Origin: Gemmatimonadales bacterium
GTDB lineage: Bacteria; Gemmatimonadota; Gemmatimonadetes; Gemmatimonadales; GWC2-71-9
Assembly: GCA_036279355.1 (NCBI GenBank)
Contig: DASUJH010000028.1
Location: 45,577 to 109,576, forward strand
Reading direction: 5' to 3'
Length of the DNA stretch: 64,000 nucleotides
Part shown: positions 18,391-27,892 of the stretch, piece by piece
Numbering within the stretch: position 1 is the first letter of the stretch
Layout of the letters: each line of letters starts with the position of its first letter
Made by a program: the position numbers and the translations under genes
The notes under the pieces: generated by a model
Seen by the model: only the letters and a program-made list of their open reading frames with translations
Told to the model about the DNA's origin: nothing
Database searches by the model: none

Positions 18391-18704
18391 GCCCGAAGGG
18401 CTATCAACGTTCGGATCAGCGGGTCGAGGAAGACATCAACGAGGGACTGACCCGCGATTCCGAAATCGACGCGAGCGAGATCGAGGTGAAGGTGCAGCAC
18501 GGCGAGGCCACGCTCACCGGCACGGTCGACAGCCGCGAGGCCAAGCGGCGCGCGGAGGACATCGCGGACCACTGCTCGGGCGTGAAGGACGTGCACAACA
18601 ACCTGAAGGTGCAGCACCAGAGCCAGAGCTCCAGCCAGCAGGGCTCTCAGAGCAGCGAGGGCCGTTCGCGGGCGGGCCGGTCGACCGCTGGTGCCGGGAC
18701 CTGA
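17880..18704 (+). CDS. BON-domain protein with a ~170-aa Gly/Tyr/Gln/Ser low-complexity N-terminal region
   Basis: The C-terminus KGYQRSDQRVEEDINEGLTRDSEIDASEIEVKVQHGEATLTGTVDSREAKRRAEDIADHCSGVKDVHNNLKV is a BON domain. The N-terminus is made of GYG/GYQ repeats. Confidence 0.8.
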   Translation: MAYYDRSFENRPYGRDYYGRDFYGREPYGREDQWGGASREGGYGNQPWQGREGGYGSSSGYGSGYGAGYGYTPGYQGSYTGYQGYSPGGYQGWSPGQQGWGYGYQGSAQGYQGSRQGQQDYGQGSMAREGWGYGSAYGQGSSGQGNFYSSQRSGGQQYMPWGQQGQHAGRGPKGYQRSDQRVEEDINEGLTRDSEIDASEIEVKVQHGEATLTGTVDSREAKRRAEDIADHCSGVKDVHNNLKVQHQSQSSSQQGSQSSEGRSRAGRSTAGAGT

Positions 18705-19834
18705 TCCCGCACGCGACTATCCGTCGCCGAGCGCGCGCGGTTCGCCGGAGCGCGCTCGGCGCTCTTCGTTTCCGTGAAGCGCCAGGTATCGGCCGGAGTG
18801 CGGGCGCTCCGCAATCCCTCGCGGGTGACGAGATAGCGAAGCGCGAGGCTGCCCGCGAGCGCCAGAGCCGCGGTGAGGCGCTCGATGCGCGCCGTCGTCG
18901 AGTGATTGGGCGCGTGGCGCTTCGTGCGCTTCCGGCGCACGCCGCGGGCACGGCGTGAGACGCGCGCGACCGCCAGCACGAGCGGCGCGCCGAGCCCGAG
19001 CGCCAGCGTGAGGTCGCGGGCCAGGTGCTCGCTGCGCGGCGCCTCGGCGTCCGACGGCAGCGCCCGGACCGAGGCCCGCCCCCGCAGTGCCAGGGCCAGT
19101 TCGGCGGCGAGCGCGATCACCTCGGCGCGGGCCAGCCGCCGCTCTGCACGCCGCCGCGCGATCGCGCGGCTTCGCCGCCCGTTGCCCGTTCGGCCGCTTA
19201 TTGGGCAACGACGCCGCCCGGATTCGGCGAGGAGCCCTACTGCCGCCAACCCACTCGAGAGCGCCGAGCTCAGGAAGAGCGGGCCCAGCCAGTCCGCGCG
19301 GCGCGCCCAGCTCGGCGTGTTGGTGGATCCGAGCAGGACACCGGTGTAGCTGCCGACAAACGCGGCGAGTGGCAACCCGACGGCGTGCAGCGCCCGCCCG
19401 GCCGCGCCGCGCGAAAGCCGCGCGAGCCGCGGCCGGCGTCCGAGCCATCCATCCTCCGCAGCCTGCAGCAACGCCGCGGCTCCGGCGCAACTGCCGAAGG
19501 CGGTGAGTCCCCACGAGCCGAGGCTCATGGCAGAGCGCGCCCGCACGATTCGCAACATGTGATGGAATCGCTCCGGCCGGCCCAGGTCGGCGATCAAGAG
19601 GCCGGAACCGGCGAGCATCCCACCCAGGGCCAGGTAGCGTGCGGCGCGGATCACGTGGCGGTCGCGCGCGCCCGCGAGATCCTCGGCCGCCCCCACGATC
19701 CAGCTTCCGGCGGCGATGCCGCTGGTCCAGAAATAAATGGGGATGTACCACTCCCACTGCACGGCCTTGACGGGCGGCGCGGGCGGGAGGGCGTTCTCGC
19801 GGGCGGGATCGGGTGCGGAGGTAGTGGCCGTCAT
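18647..19834 (-). CDS. NrfD/PsrC-family polytopic membrane subunit (quinone-interacting anchor of the formate dehydrogenase)
   Basis: The start MTATTSAP overlaps the fdnH stop as ATGA. WEWYIPIYFWTSGIAAGSW...LIADLGRPERFHHML is the NrfD signature. The upstream part of the 602-aa ORF is an out-of-frame overlap. Confidence 0.75.
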   Translation of the reverse strand: MTATTSAPDPARENALPPAPPVKAVQWEWYIPIYFWTSGIAAGSWIVGAAEDLAGARDRHVIRAARYLALGGMLAGSGLLIADLGRPERFHHMLRIVRARSAMSLGSWGLTAFGSCAGAAALLQAAEDGWLGRRPRLARLSRGAAGRALHAVGLPLAAFVGSYTGVLLGSTNTPSWARRADWLGPLFLSSALSSGLAAVGLLAESGRRRCPISGRTGNGRRSRAIARRRAERRLARAEVIALAAELALALRGRASVRALPSDAEAPRSEHLARDLTLALGLGAPLVLAVARVSRRARGVRRKRTKRHAPNHSTTARIERLTAALALAGSLALRYLVTREGLRSARTPADTWRFTETKSAERAPANRARSATDSRVRDQVPAPAVDRPARERPSLL

Positions 19835-20811
19835 CGGTCCCCCGCGAAGGCCCAGAGTGTCGCCGCGACGAGGCCGAGCGCCGCAAGCCCGCTGGTGACG
19901 AGCCCGCGACCCGTCGCGCTCGACGCCCGGTGCGGCACCGGCGGCAGATTGTACACTTCGGGCCTGTCGATAAGGAGGAAGAAGCAATTGAGGCCGTTGA
20001 GTCGCGTGGTATCGGCGCCATCTTCGAGCACGCCATCGGTCCCGTAGAGATATGCCGGAATGCCGCGGCCACGCAGTTCGTCCGTGCGGAGCTTGGCCCG
20101 CTCGACCAGCTCGTCCACCGGCCCGAACTGGATCGAATCGGTGGGGCAGGCATTGGCGCACGCCGGCTCCATGCCGCCGCGCAGCCGGTCGTAGCAGAGC
20201 GTGCACTTGTGGGCCTTGCCGTCGCCGCCCTTGGCGACCTCGACCACGCCGAAGGGACAGGCGGGCACGCAGTAGCCGCAGCCGTTGCAGACGTCCTGCT
20301 GTACGTACACGCTGTCGAACTCGGTGCGGATGATCGAACCGGTGGGGCAGGCCTCGAGACAGGGGGCGTTCACGCAATGCTTGCACACGTCCGACATCAG
20401 CAGCCATCGCCGGCCCGGCTCCGCCCACTGTTCCCCGGCCGTGAATGCGCCCCACGGCTCAACCCGGGCGGGCAGGCTCGCGAAGACGTCGAAATCGCGC
20501 TCGGCAAAGCGGTCCTCGTCGAACTGCTCGATGAACGTGACGTGACGCCAGGTGCTCGCGCCGAGTTGCCGGGTGTTGTCATACGAGTGTCCGGACAGCT
20601 CGTAGCCATCGCTCGGGAGCTGGTTCCACTGCTTGCACGCCACCTCGCACGCCTTGCACCCGATGCAGAGCGTGGTGTCGGTAAAGAACCCGTACGCGCG
20701 CCCCGGCGTGATGGATGTGCCGGAGGTCTTCTGTGCGGGTTGGGCCTGCTCGCCGTGCGTATCCCACGCACGGACCCCGTGCGCCACGCCCGCATGCCCC
20801 GGCGCGGTCAC
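19831..20811 (-). CDS. fdnH: formate dehydrogenase iron-sulfur (4x[4Fe-4S]) subunit with a C-terminal TM anchor
   Basis: CIGCKACEVACKQWN, CKHCVNAPCLEACP, CNGCGYCVPACP and CTLCYDRL...ACANACP are present. The C-terminal helix is GLAALGLVAATLWAF. Confidence 0.9.
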   Translation of the reverse strand: MTAPGHAGVAHGVRAWDTHGEQAQPAQKTSGTSITPGRAYGFFTDTTLCIGCKACEVACKQWNQLPSDGYELSGHSYDNTRQLGASTWRHVTFIEQFDEDRFAERDFDVFASLPARVEPWGAFTAGEQWAEPGRRWLLMSDVCKHCVNAPCLEACPTGSIIRTEFDSVYVQQDVCNGCGYCVPACPFGVVEVAKGGDGKAHKCTLCYDRLRGGMEPACANACPTDSIQFGPVDELVERAKLRTDELRGRGIPAYLYGTDGVLEDGADTTRLNGLNCFFLLIDRPEVYNLPPVPHRASSATGRGLVTSGLAALGLVAATLWAFAGDR

Positions 20812-23800
20812 CGCCGGCCCTCGCGATCGCCATCACGGCCCCCGGCCTTACCACCTCTACCGCCGTTTCCGCCTTCTGCATCCCCATCCCGCCCTGCCAC
20901 CAGATTACACGTCATCACCTTCCCCTCGTGAATCGTCACGTTCGGCTCCCCCACCAGCGATACGAGATCGTTCGCCGATGCGCCGCGGACCAGTCCCTCA
21001 TACCCGAAGTGCCAGGGAAAGCCCACCTGGTGGATCACGCGCCCCTGCACCTCGAGCGGGCGCAGCCGGCGGGTGACGAGCGCCCGGGCCGGCGCGCGCC
21101 CGCGCGCGGTGACGACGGTGACCCAGTCACGGCTCCGCACGCCGAGCTCACGCGCGAGCTCAGGACTCAGCTCGACAAACGCCTCCGGCTGCAGCTCGCT
21201 CAGCCAACTGTTCCACCGGGTCATGCCCCCGCCGGTGTGGTGCTCGGTGAGGCGGTACGTGGTGAGCACGTGGGGGAATTCGGGGTTTGCGATGCCGCTG
21301 TAGCGGTTGCCGGGCATGTCCCAGTGTCGCGTCTCCGGATTGCGCTCGTACTCCCGGTAGAGCGCGTTCTCCACCGGCGACTCCCATGGCTCGTAATGCG
21401 TCGGCATGGGCCCGTCCTTCATTCCGTTGGGGAAGAAGAGCCATGCCTTCCCGTCCGGCTTCATAACGAACGGCGAATCGCCGGAAATTGCGGCGAGTCC
21501 GCCCTTCGCGCGATCGCCCACGTACTCCGGCGGCTTCCTGCGCGGGAAGTCGGGGACGTCGGCGCCGGTCCAGCGCCGCTCGCGCTCGTCCCACCAGACG
21601 TATTTCTTCTCGGGTGACCAGGGGCGGCCTTCCGGATCGGCCGAGCAGCGGTTGTAGAGCAGCCGGACGTTGCTGGGCCACGCGAAGCCCCAGCCGGGCG
21701 CCACGTAGTCGTCCGGCTCGCGGGAGGCGGCGCGGTTCCGGTCGGTGAAGACGCCGGTGTAGATCCAGCAACCGCACGCCGTGCTGCCATCATCGGCCAG
21801 GTGGAGCCCGCTCGCAAGTTGCTCGCGATCGTTCCAGTCGGAGGCCCAGCGGTAGCCGTTCACCTCGCGCAGGATGTGCTCGATGCTCGGCTCCGCGTGA
21901 GCGCCCTCGGTGGGATAGTCCCAGGTGAGCGCGCGGAGCCCCGCGTCGCGCGGCTCAGCGGAATGCGCGTGGCGCTCCTTGAGCCGCCGGCCCAGATGAA
22001 AGATGAACCACGCATCGGAGCGCGCGTCTCCCGGCGCCTCGACGGCCTTGTGGTGCCACTGGATGAGCCGGTGCGTGTTGGTGAAGCTCCCGTCCTTTTC
22101 GGGCACGGTGGCGGCAGGGAGCACGAACACCTCGGTGCCGATCTCCTCCGGCCGCACCTCGCCGCTCCGCACCTCGGGCGCGTGCTCCCAGAAGGTAGCG
22201 CTCTCCGTCATGAAGATGTCGCGCACGACGAGCCACTTGAGCCGGTGCATCGCCTCGCGCTGGTAGCGCGCGTTGGGGCCGCCCACCGCCGGGTTCTGTC
22301 CCATGAGGACGAGCCCCTCCATGCAACCTTCGTGCATGTCGATGAACATCGGCATGTGGGAGTAGTCCCGATCGATGCGCGGCAGCCAAGCGTAGCCGAA
22401 CTCATTCTCCGCCGTGGCCGCGTCGCCGTACCACGCCTTGAGCAGCGAGACGAGATAGGACTTCGTGTTGGCCCACACACCCGTGGCGCCGCCTTCGTTC
22501 CAGATATAACTCCCGAGATCCTGATCGATGCCGAGGTGTGTCGGCATGTGGAGGTAACCGGGGAGAAGGTCGTAGAGCGTCGGGATGTCGGTCGACCCCT
22601 GGATGGTGGCGTGGCCGCGGAGAGCCTGGATGCCGCCGCCCGGGCGGCCGATGTTGCCGAGCAGCAGTTGCAGGATCGCCGAGCTGGCGATGATCTGCGG
22701 TCCGGTGGTGTGCTGGGTCCAGCCCACGGCGTAGGCAATGGCCGACGTGCGGTTGCGGCCGGAGTTTCTGAGGAGCGCGTCGCCCACGGCCGTGATTTCC
22801 TGCGCGGGCACGCCACAGATGCGTGAGGCCGCTTCCGGGGTGTACGCGCTGAAGTGACGACGCAGAAGCTGGAGCACGCAGCGCGGATGCTGCATGGTCT
22901 CGTCGCGCTCGGGCGGCCCGCCCACCGTGCGGCCCGCGTGCATGCCCCACGACTGGGTCGTCTTGAGCTTGCAGATCTCCTCCTGCTGCTCCGAGAGGTA
23001 GAGCACCCGCTGCATGCCGGCGTACTGCCAGGTGTCGGGGCAGTAGTGGTCCTGACGCCAACCCGAGAAGAGCCCGCCCAGATCGGCAACGTCGCGGAAT
23101 TCTTTCTCTATGATGGTCGCGGCATTGGTATAGTGGCGGACGTACTCCTCGAAGAACGGATCGCTCCGCCAGCGCTCACTCTCGAGCACCTGGTGAATAA
23201 GGGCGCCGAGGAACGCGATGTCGCTGCCGGCGCGGATCTGCATGTAGCGGGTGGCGCAGGCCGAGGTGCGGCTGAAGCGCGGGTCCACGTGAATGATTTC
23301 CGCGCCCTTCTCGCGCGCCAGCATGACGAACCGGAACCCCACGGGGTGGCACTCGGCGAAGTTCGAGCCCATCACCAGCATGCAGTCGGTGTTCGCGAGA
23401 TCGCGGAGAAAGGTGCTGGCCCCGCCGCGGCCGAGTGGCGTCCCCAGACCGGGGACCGTGGCGGAGTGTCATATGCGCGCCTGGTTCTCGACGGCGACGA
23501 TGCCGAGCCCCACGCAGAGCTTCTTGATGAGGTAGTTCTCCTCGTTGTCGAGCGCGGCGCCGCCCAGGAAGCCCACGGCCCTCGTGTGCCGCAGCGGGCG
23601 GCCCTTGGCGTCGCTCGCGGTCCAGGTGCGATCGCGAGTGTCCTGCATGCGGTCGGTGATCTGGTCCATCGCCCACTCGAGCGACACCCGCTCCCACCGT
23701 GTGCCGTGCGGCGGGCGATAGAGCGCGGTGGTGAGCCGGTCTGGGTTCACCGTGTACTGGTAGATGTCCGCGCCCTTGGGGCAGAGGGTGCCCTGGTTGA

Positions 23801-24089
23801 TCGGGCTCTTGGGGTCACCCTCCACCTCGGCGACGCGACCGTCGCGCACGTGGATCAGCGTGCCGCAGCCCACGGCACAGTAGGGGCAGACGCTGGCGAC
23901 GGCGCGGGTGCCCTCGAGCCGCGAGCGCATCGCGCGCGTGGCGGGGCTCACCGCCGGATCGTGCGGTGCGGTGTCATGCGCCGTGGCCCCGTGGGGTGCG
24001 GCGTGGCCGTTGCCCAGATCGGCGATCTGCCGGGCCACGGGCCACCGGCCGAGGGCAGAGACGAGGCGCCGGAACAGGTGGTCGGCCAT
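20808..24089 (-). CDS. fdnG: formate dehydrogenase catalytic (Mo/W-bis-PGD) subunit, selenocysteine-containing; needs UGA read-through at 23469-23471
   Basis: ORFs 23469..24089 and 20808..23381 share one frame and are separated by a single TGA. The sequence across the junction is VENQARI-U-HSATVPGLGTPLGRGG...VMGSNFAECHPVGF. The N-terminal 4Fe-4S motif is CPYCAVGCG...GTLCPKG. A GAGGAGG Shine-Dalgarno precedes the ATG at 24089. Confidence 0.85.
23440..23468 (-). promoter_or_regulatory. candidate bacterial SECIS element
   Basis: The mRNA reads UGA CAC UCC GCC ACG GUC CCC GGU CUG GGG ACG. It forms the hairpin GUCCCC-GGUCU-GGGGAC. The GGUCU loop starts 19 nt after the UGA. Confidence 0.6.
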
Positions 24090-24330
24090 GGTGATCCTCC
24101 TCGATGCGCGATGCGGGGTGCCAGGAGCAGCGGGATGCGTGCTGCACGATGGCGCGCGCCGGCCTCACGCGGTGTGCGCCCGGTCACAGCCACTCTCTTG
24201 TACTGCCGGGTAGCTATGCCGCGGACGGGGCCGGCTGCCGCGAGGCGCCGTCGCCCGACGACAACCCGGGAGTGAATGCGCGTTGCCCACTCCGGGGTTG
24301 CGGGCCGCTCCGACAGCTTTGTGGTGGCGT

Positions 24331-25374
24331 ATGTTCAACGGCCGGTTGCTGACCGTCGTGGTTCCGTGTTACAACGAAGAAGCCGTCATCGAGGAGACCC
24401 ACCGCCGGCTCTCGCGCGTGCTGCGCGCCCTGCCGGACCTGGGCTACGAGATCCTCTACGTCGACGACGGGAGCAGCGACGCGACCGGCGCGATCCTGGA
24501 GCGGCTGGCCGCGAGCGATCCGCACGTGCGGGTTCTCGCCTTCTCGCGCAATTTCGGCCACCAGATCGCGGTGACGGGCGGCGTCGAGCACGCTGCGGGC
24601 GACGCGGTGGTGCTGATCGATGCCGACCTGCAGGATCCGCCCGAGGTGATCGCCGAGATGGTCGAGCGGTGGCGCGAAGGCTACGACGTGGCCTACGGCG
24701 TCCGCACCGATCGCGAGGGCGAGTCGAAGTTCAAGCGCGCGACCGCCAGCGCGTTCTACCGGCTGATGTCGCGGCTCACCGAAACCGAGATTCCCCTCGA
24801 TACCGGCGACTTCCGCCTGATGGACCGGCGGGTGGTCGATGCGCTCATCGCCATGCCCGAGCGCGACCGGTTCGTACGGGGCCTCGTGAGCTGGGCGGGC
24901 TACCGGCAGGTGGCGGTGCCATACGGGCGCGCGGCGCGGTTTGCCGGGACCAGCAAGTATCCGGTCGGCAAGATGATCCGGTTCGCGATGGACGGGATCG
25001 CGTCGTTCTCGGTGAAGCCGCTCACCGTCGCGACGTATGCCGGTTTCGTGGTGTCGCTCATGGCGGTGTTCGGGATCGTGTACGCGGTCATCCTCCGGCT
25101 CTTCACCACCATTTTCGTGCCCGGGTGGACCGCCCTGTTCATCGCGGTGCTCTTCCTCGGCGGCGTGCAGCTCATCTCGCTCGGGATCATGGGCGAGTAC
25201 GTCGGGCGGATCTACGGCGAATCCAAGCGGCGGCCGCTATACCTCCTGCGCGAGCGCCTTGGCTTCGAGCGGCCGTCGCACGGCAACGGGCGGATCTCCA
25301 AGGGGATCTTTCGCGAGCGCCGCACCGGCGAGCGGCGCGGGGCTCCACGCGCCTTGCGCGTGCGGAACGCATGA
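24331..25374 (+). CDS. GT2 polyprenyl-phosphate glycosyltransferase (ArnC/GtrB/DPM1-like)
   Basis: VVVPCYNEE, YVDDGSSD, SRNFGHQ and IDADLQDPPE are followed by two C-terminal TM helices. Confidence 0.9.
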   Translation: MFNGRLLTVVVPCYNEEAVIEETHRRLSRVLRALPDLGYEILYVDDGSSDATGAILERLAASDPHVRVLAFSRNFGHQIAVTGGVEHAAGDAVVLIDADLQDPPEVIAEMVERWREGYDVAYGVRTDREGESKFKRATASAFYRLMSRLTETEIPLDTGDFRLMDRRVVDALIAMPERDRFVRGLVSWAGYRQVAVPYGRAARFAGTSKYPVGKMIRFAMDGIASFSVKPLTVATYAGFVVSLMAVFGIVYAVILRLFTTIFVPGWTALFIAVLFLGGVQLISLGIMGEYVGRIYGESKRRPLYLLRERLGFERPSHGNGRISKGIFRERRTGERRGAPRALRVRNA

Positions 25375-26405
25375 CCCCGGAACGCATGATCCCGGAACGC
25401 ACGCCGGCGAAGCGCGCGCGCTGGCTCCGACCGGTGCTCGGGCTCGTCGTGGCCGGGCTGTTCGTGTGGCTCATCGCGCGGCGGGTCGAGTGGGCAGCGG
25501 TAAGCCGCGTCCTGAGCTCGGCCTCCGCGGCGCCGCTCGCGCTCGGCCTGCTCTTCTTCGCGGCCGGCATCGGGGTGCGCGTGCTCCGGTGGTGGTGGAT
25601 GCTGCGCGGGTTCGAGCCGGATCTCGCGGCGCGGCGTTGCGCCCGCCCGTTTCTGGTGGGCCTCGCCGTCAACAATACGGTGCCGTTCCGGGCCGGCGAC
25701 CTCGTGCGCGCGTTCGGATTCCGCCACGCGCTCCGCTCTCCGCCGGGCCGGGTGCTCGGCACGCTCGTGATCGAGCGGGTGCTCGACGGGGTCGTGCTCA
25801 TCGCCATCTTCTTCATCGGACTGCTGGGCGCCGCGTCGGGCGTGGTGCCGGCGGCGTACGTAAGCGCCGGGGCCACGGCGGGGGCCATCGGACTCGCCGC
25901 GATCGTGACGCTGGTCGTGGCGCCCGGCTGGGTGGCGCGGCGGCTCGAGCGGGCCCGGTCGCGGCTCGAAGCGCGGGCCGGCGGCGGCCTGGTCGCGCGG
26001 GTCGCGGGCGGCGCCACGCATTTCGTCGAGGCACTCGGCACGCTGCAGTCGCCGGCGCGCGCGGTGCAGTTGCTCGGGCTGAGCGCGCTCGCGTGGACGC
26101 TCGAGGGCGGCCTCTACGCCGCCGTGGCCGCGTCGCTCCACGCGACGGTCGCGCCGCTCGCCCCCTGGTTCTCGCTCGCCACCGGCACGCTCGCGACGCT
26201 CCTGCCGAGCTCGCCCGGCTACGTCGGCACCTTCGACTATTTCACGATGCTCGGACTCACCGCCTACGGCGCGGACCGGAGCGTCGCGGCGGCGTTCGCG
26301 CTGCTCACCCACGTGCTGCTCTGGCTGCCGATCACCGCGGCCGGCGCCCTGCTGCTCCTCGCGCCGCGGATCACCGCGATGCGACGCGAGGCCGAACCCG
26401 CGTAG
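25371..26405 (+). CDS. flippase-like / LPG-synthase-TM (UPF0104) family membrane protein
   Basis: The start has an ATGA overlap with the GT2 stop. VRVLRWWWMLRGF...LVGLAVNNTVPFRAGDLVRAFGF is followed by about 8 TM helices. Confidence 0.75.
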   Translation: MTPERMIPERTPAKRARWLRPVLGLVVAGLFVWLIARRVEWAAVSRVLSSASAAPLALGLLFFAAGIGVRVLRWWWMLRGFEPDLAARRCARPFLVGLAVNNTVPFRAGDLVRAFGFRHALRSPPGRVLGTLVIERVLDGVVLIAIFFIGLLGAASGVVPAAYVSAGATAGAIGLAAIVTLVVAPGWVARRLERARSRLEARAGGGLVARVAGGATHFVEALGTLQSPARAVQLLGLSALAWTLEGGLYAAVAASLHATVAPLAPWFSLATGTLATLLPSSPGYVGTFDYFTMLGLTAYGADRSVAAAFALLTHVLLWLPITAAGALLLLAPRITAMRREAEPA

Positions 26406-26491
26406 CGCACGACGGCGGCCCGTCTCTCAGCGGTCGCCCCACCGGCGCGCGTCGATCGTCCACGCCAATGCGCCGAGCCCTGGAGGATTCG

Positions 26492-27892
26492 ATGCCCGGT
26501 ACACCGCGTCCCCCGCACGTCGCGATCATCGGAGCCGGCTTCAGCGGGCTCGCCGCCGCGTGGGAGCTCACCCGGCGCGGCGTCGCCGTCACGGTCCTCG
26601 AGGCGGATGACGAAGTCGGCGGCCTCGCGGGCAGCTTCGAGGTGGGCGGCACGCGCCTCGAGAAGTTCTATCACCACTGGTTCACCAACGACGCCGACGT
26701 GACGACGCTGGTGCGTGAGCTCGGCGCCGAAGACCGCATCGTCTTCCGGCCCACCCGCACCGGGATGTACTTCGCGCAGCGCTTCTTCAAGCTGAGCACG
26801 CCCCCCGACGTGCTCCGCTTCACGCCGTTGAGCATTCTCGGCCGGCTCCGGCTTGGCGTGCTCGCGCTCCGGGCGCGGCGGGTGAAGGACTGGCGCGCGC
26901 TGGAGCACCTCACCGCTGAGGAGTGGCTCACCCAGCTCGGCGGGCGCGAGGTGTATCGGGTGGTCTGGGCGCCGCTCCTCGCAGGGAAGTTCGGCTCGCA
27001 CGCCGACGAGATTTCGGCGGTGTGGTTCTGGAACAAGCTCAAGCTCAGGGGTGGGAGCCGCGATCAGCGGGGCGCGGAGATGCTGGCCTATTACCGCGGT
27101 GGGTTCGCCGCGCTGGCCGAGCGGCTGGCGGAGGCCGTCGAGGAGCGCGGGGGACGCATCCGGCTCCGCGCCCTCGTGACGGGCCTCGCAATGCGAGACG
27201 GCCGCGTAGCCGGCGTCCAGGTGGGCGACGAAGTGGTGGCGGCCGACGCGGTGATCGCGACACCCGCGCTCCCCATCGTGGCCGACCTCGTGTCGCCGCA
27301 CGCCGCGACCGGGTACACGGCGTCGCTCCGGCGGGTGCGGTATCTCGCGAACGTCTGCCTCGTGCTGGAGCTCGACCGCAGCCTTTCGAGCACCTACTGG
27401 CTCAACGTCAACGATCCGACCTTTCCGTTCGTCGGCATCATCGAGCACACCAACTTCGAGCCCGCGGAGACGTACGCGGGGCGGCACATCGTCTATCTCT
27501 CGAAGTATCTGCCGGAGGATGCGCCGCTGTGGCGGATGAGCGACGACGAGGTGCTCGAGTTCAGCCTGCCGCACCTCCAGCGGATGTTTCCCGCGTTCTC
27601 GCGCGAGTGGATCCTGGCCGCGCACGTCTGGCGGGCACGGCACTCGCAGCCCCTCGTCGTGCGGCACTACGGTGCGCTGATCCCGGAGACGGAGACACCG
27701 CTCGGCGGCGTCTATCTCGCGACGATGGCGCAGGTCTATCCCGAGGACCGCGGCACCAACTACGCGATCCGCGAGGGACGCGCCGCCGCGCGCCTCGTGG
27801 CCGACCGGCTGGCCGGTGCGCCGCGCGACACGCCGCGCGACAGCGGGCGCTTTCGGAAGGCCGGCGCGGGCCCCCAACTGGTTCCGGCGTGA
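26492..27892 (+). CDS. NAD(P)/FAD-dependent oxidoreductase of the amine-oxidase/phytoene-desaturase fold
   Basis: VAIIGAGFSGLAAAWEL...VLEADDEVGGLAGSF is the dinucleotide-binding motif. A GGAGGA Shine-Dalgarno lies 5 nt upstream of the ATG at 26492; an alternative ATG is at 26468. Confidence 0.8.
   Translation: MPGTPRPPHVAIIGAGFSGLAAAWELTRRGVAVTVLEADDEVGGLAGSFEVGGTRLEKFYHHWFTNDADVTTLVRELGAEDRIVFRPTRTGMYFAQRFFKLSTPPDVLRFTPLSILGRLRLGVLALRARRVKDWRALEHLTAEEWLTQLGGREVYRVVWAPLLAGKFGSHADEISAVWFWNKLKLRGGSRDQRGAEMLAYYRGGFAALAERLAEAVEERGGRIRLRALVTGLAMRDGRVAGVQVGDEVVAADAVIATPALPIVADLVSPHAATGYTASLRRVRYLANVCLVLELDRSLSSTYWLNVNDPTFPFVGIIEHTNFEPAETYAGRHIVYLSKYLPEDAPLWRMSDDEVLEFSLPHLQRMFPAFSREWILAAHVWRARHSQPLVVRHYGALIPETETPLGGVYLATMAQVYPEDRGTNYAIREGRAAARLVADRLAGAPRDTPRDSGRFRKAGAGPQLVPA

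Noticed and set aside
18647-20455. The full 602-aa ORF as a single protein; similarly the 827-aa ORF 29657..32140, the 619-aa ORF 31905..33764, the 565-aa ORF 42999..44696, and the 709/951/907-aa ORFs spanning 24276..29646.
   Set aside because: In each case only the distal part is protein-like. The N-terminal extension overlaps a well-supported upstream gene in another frame. A start codon embedded in an ATGA/GTGA overlap or preceded by a Shine-Dalgarno gives a sensible protein with a signal peptide or conserved N-terminus.
23990-24089. A possible twin-arginine signal in the FdnG N-terminus (HLFRRLVSAL).
   Set aside because: It does not fit the S/T-R-R-x-F-L-K consensus, and no hydrophobic h-region or AxA cleavage site follows. 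The WPVARQIADLG N-terminus looks like the non-exported or atypical FdhA type. Localisation is left unassigned.
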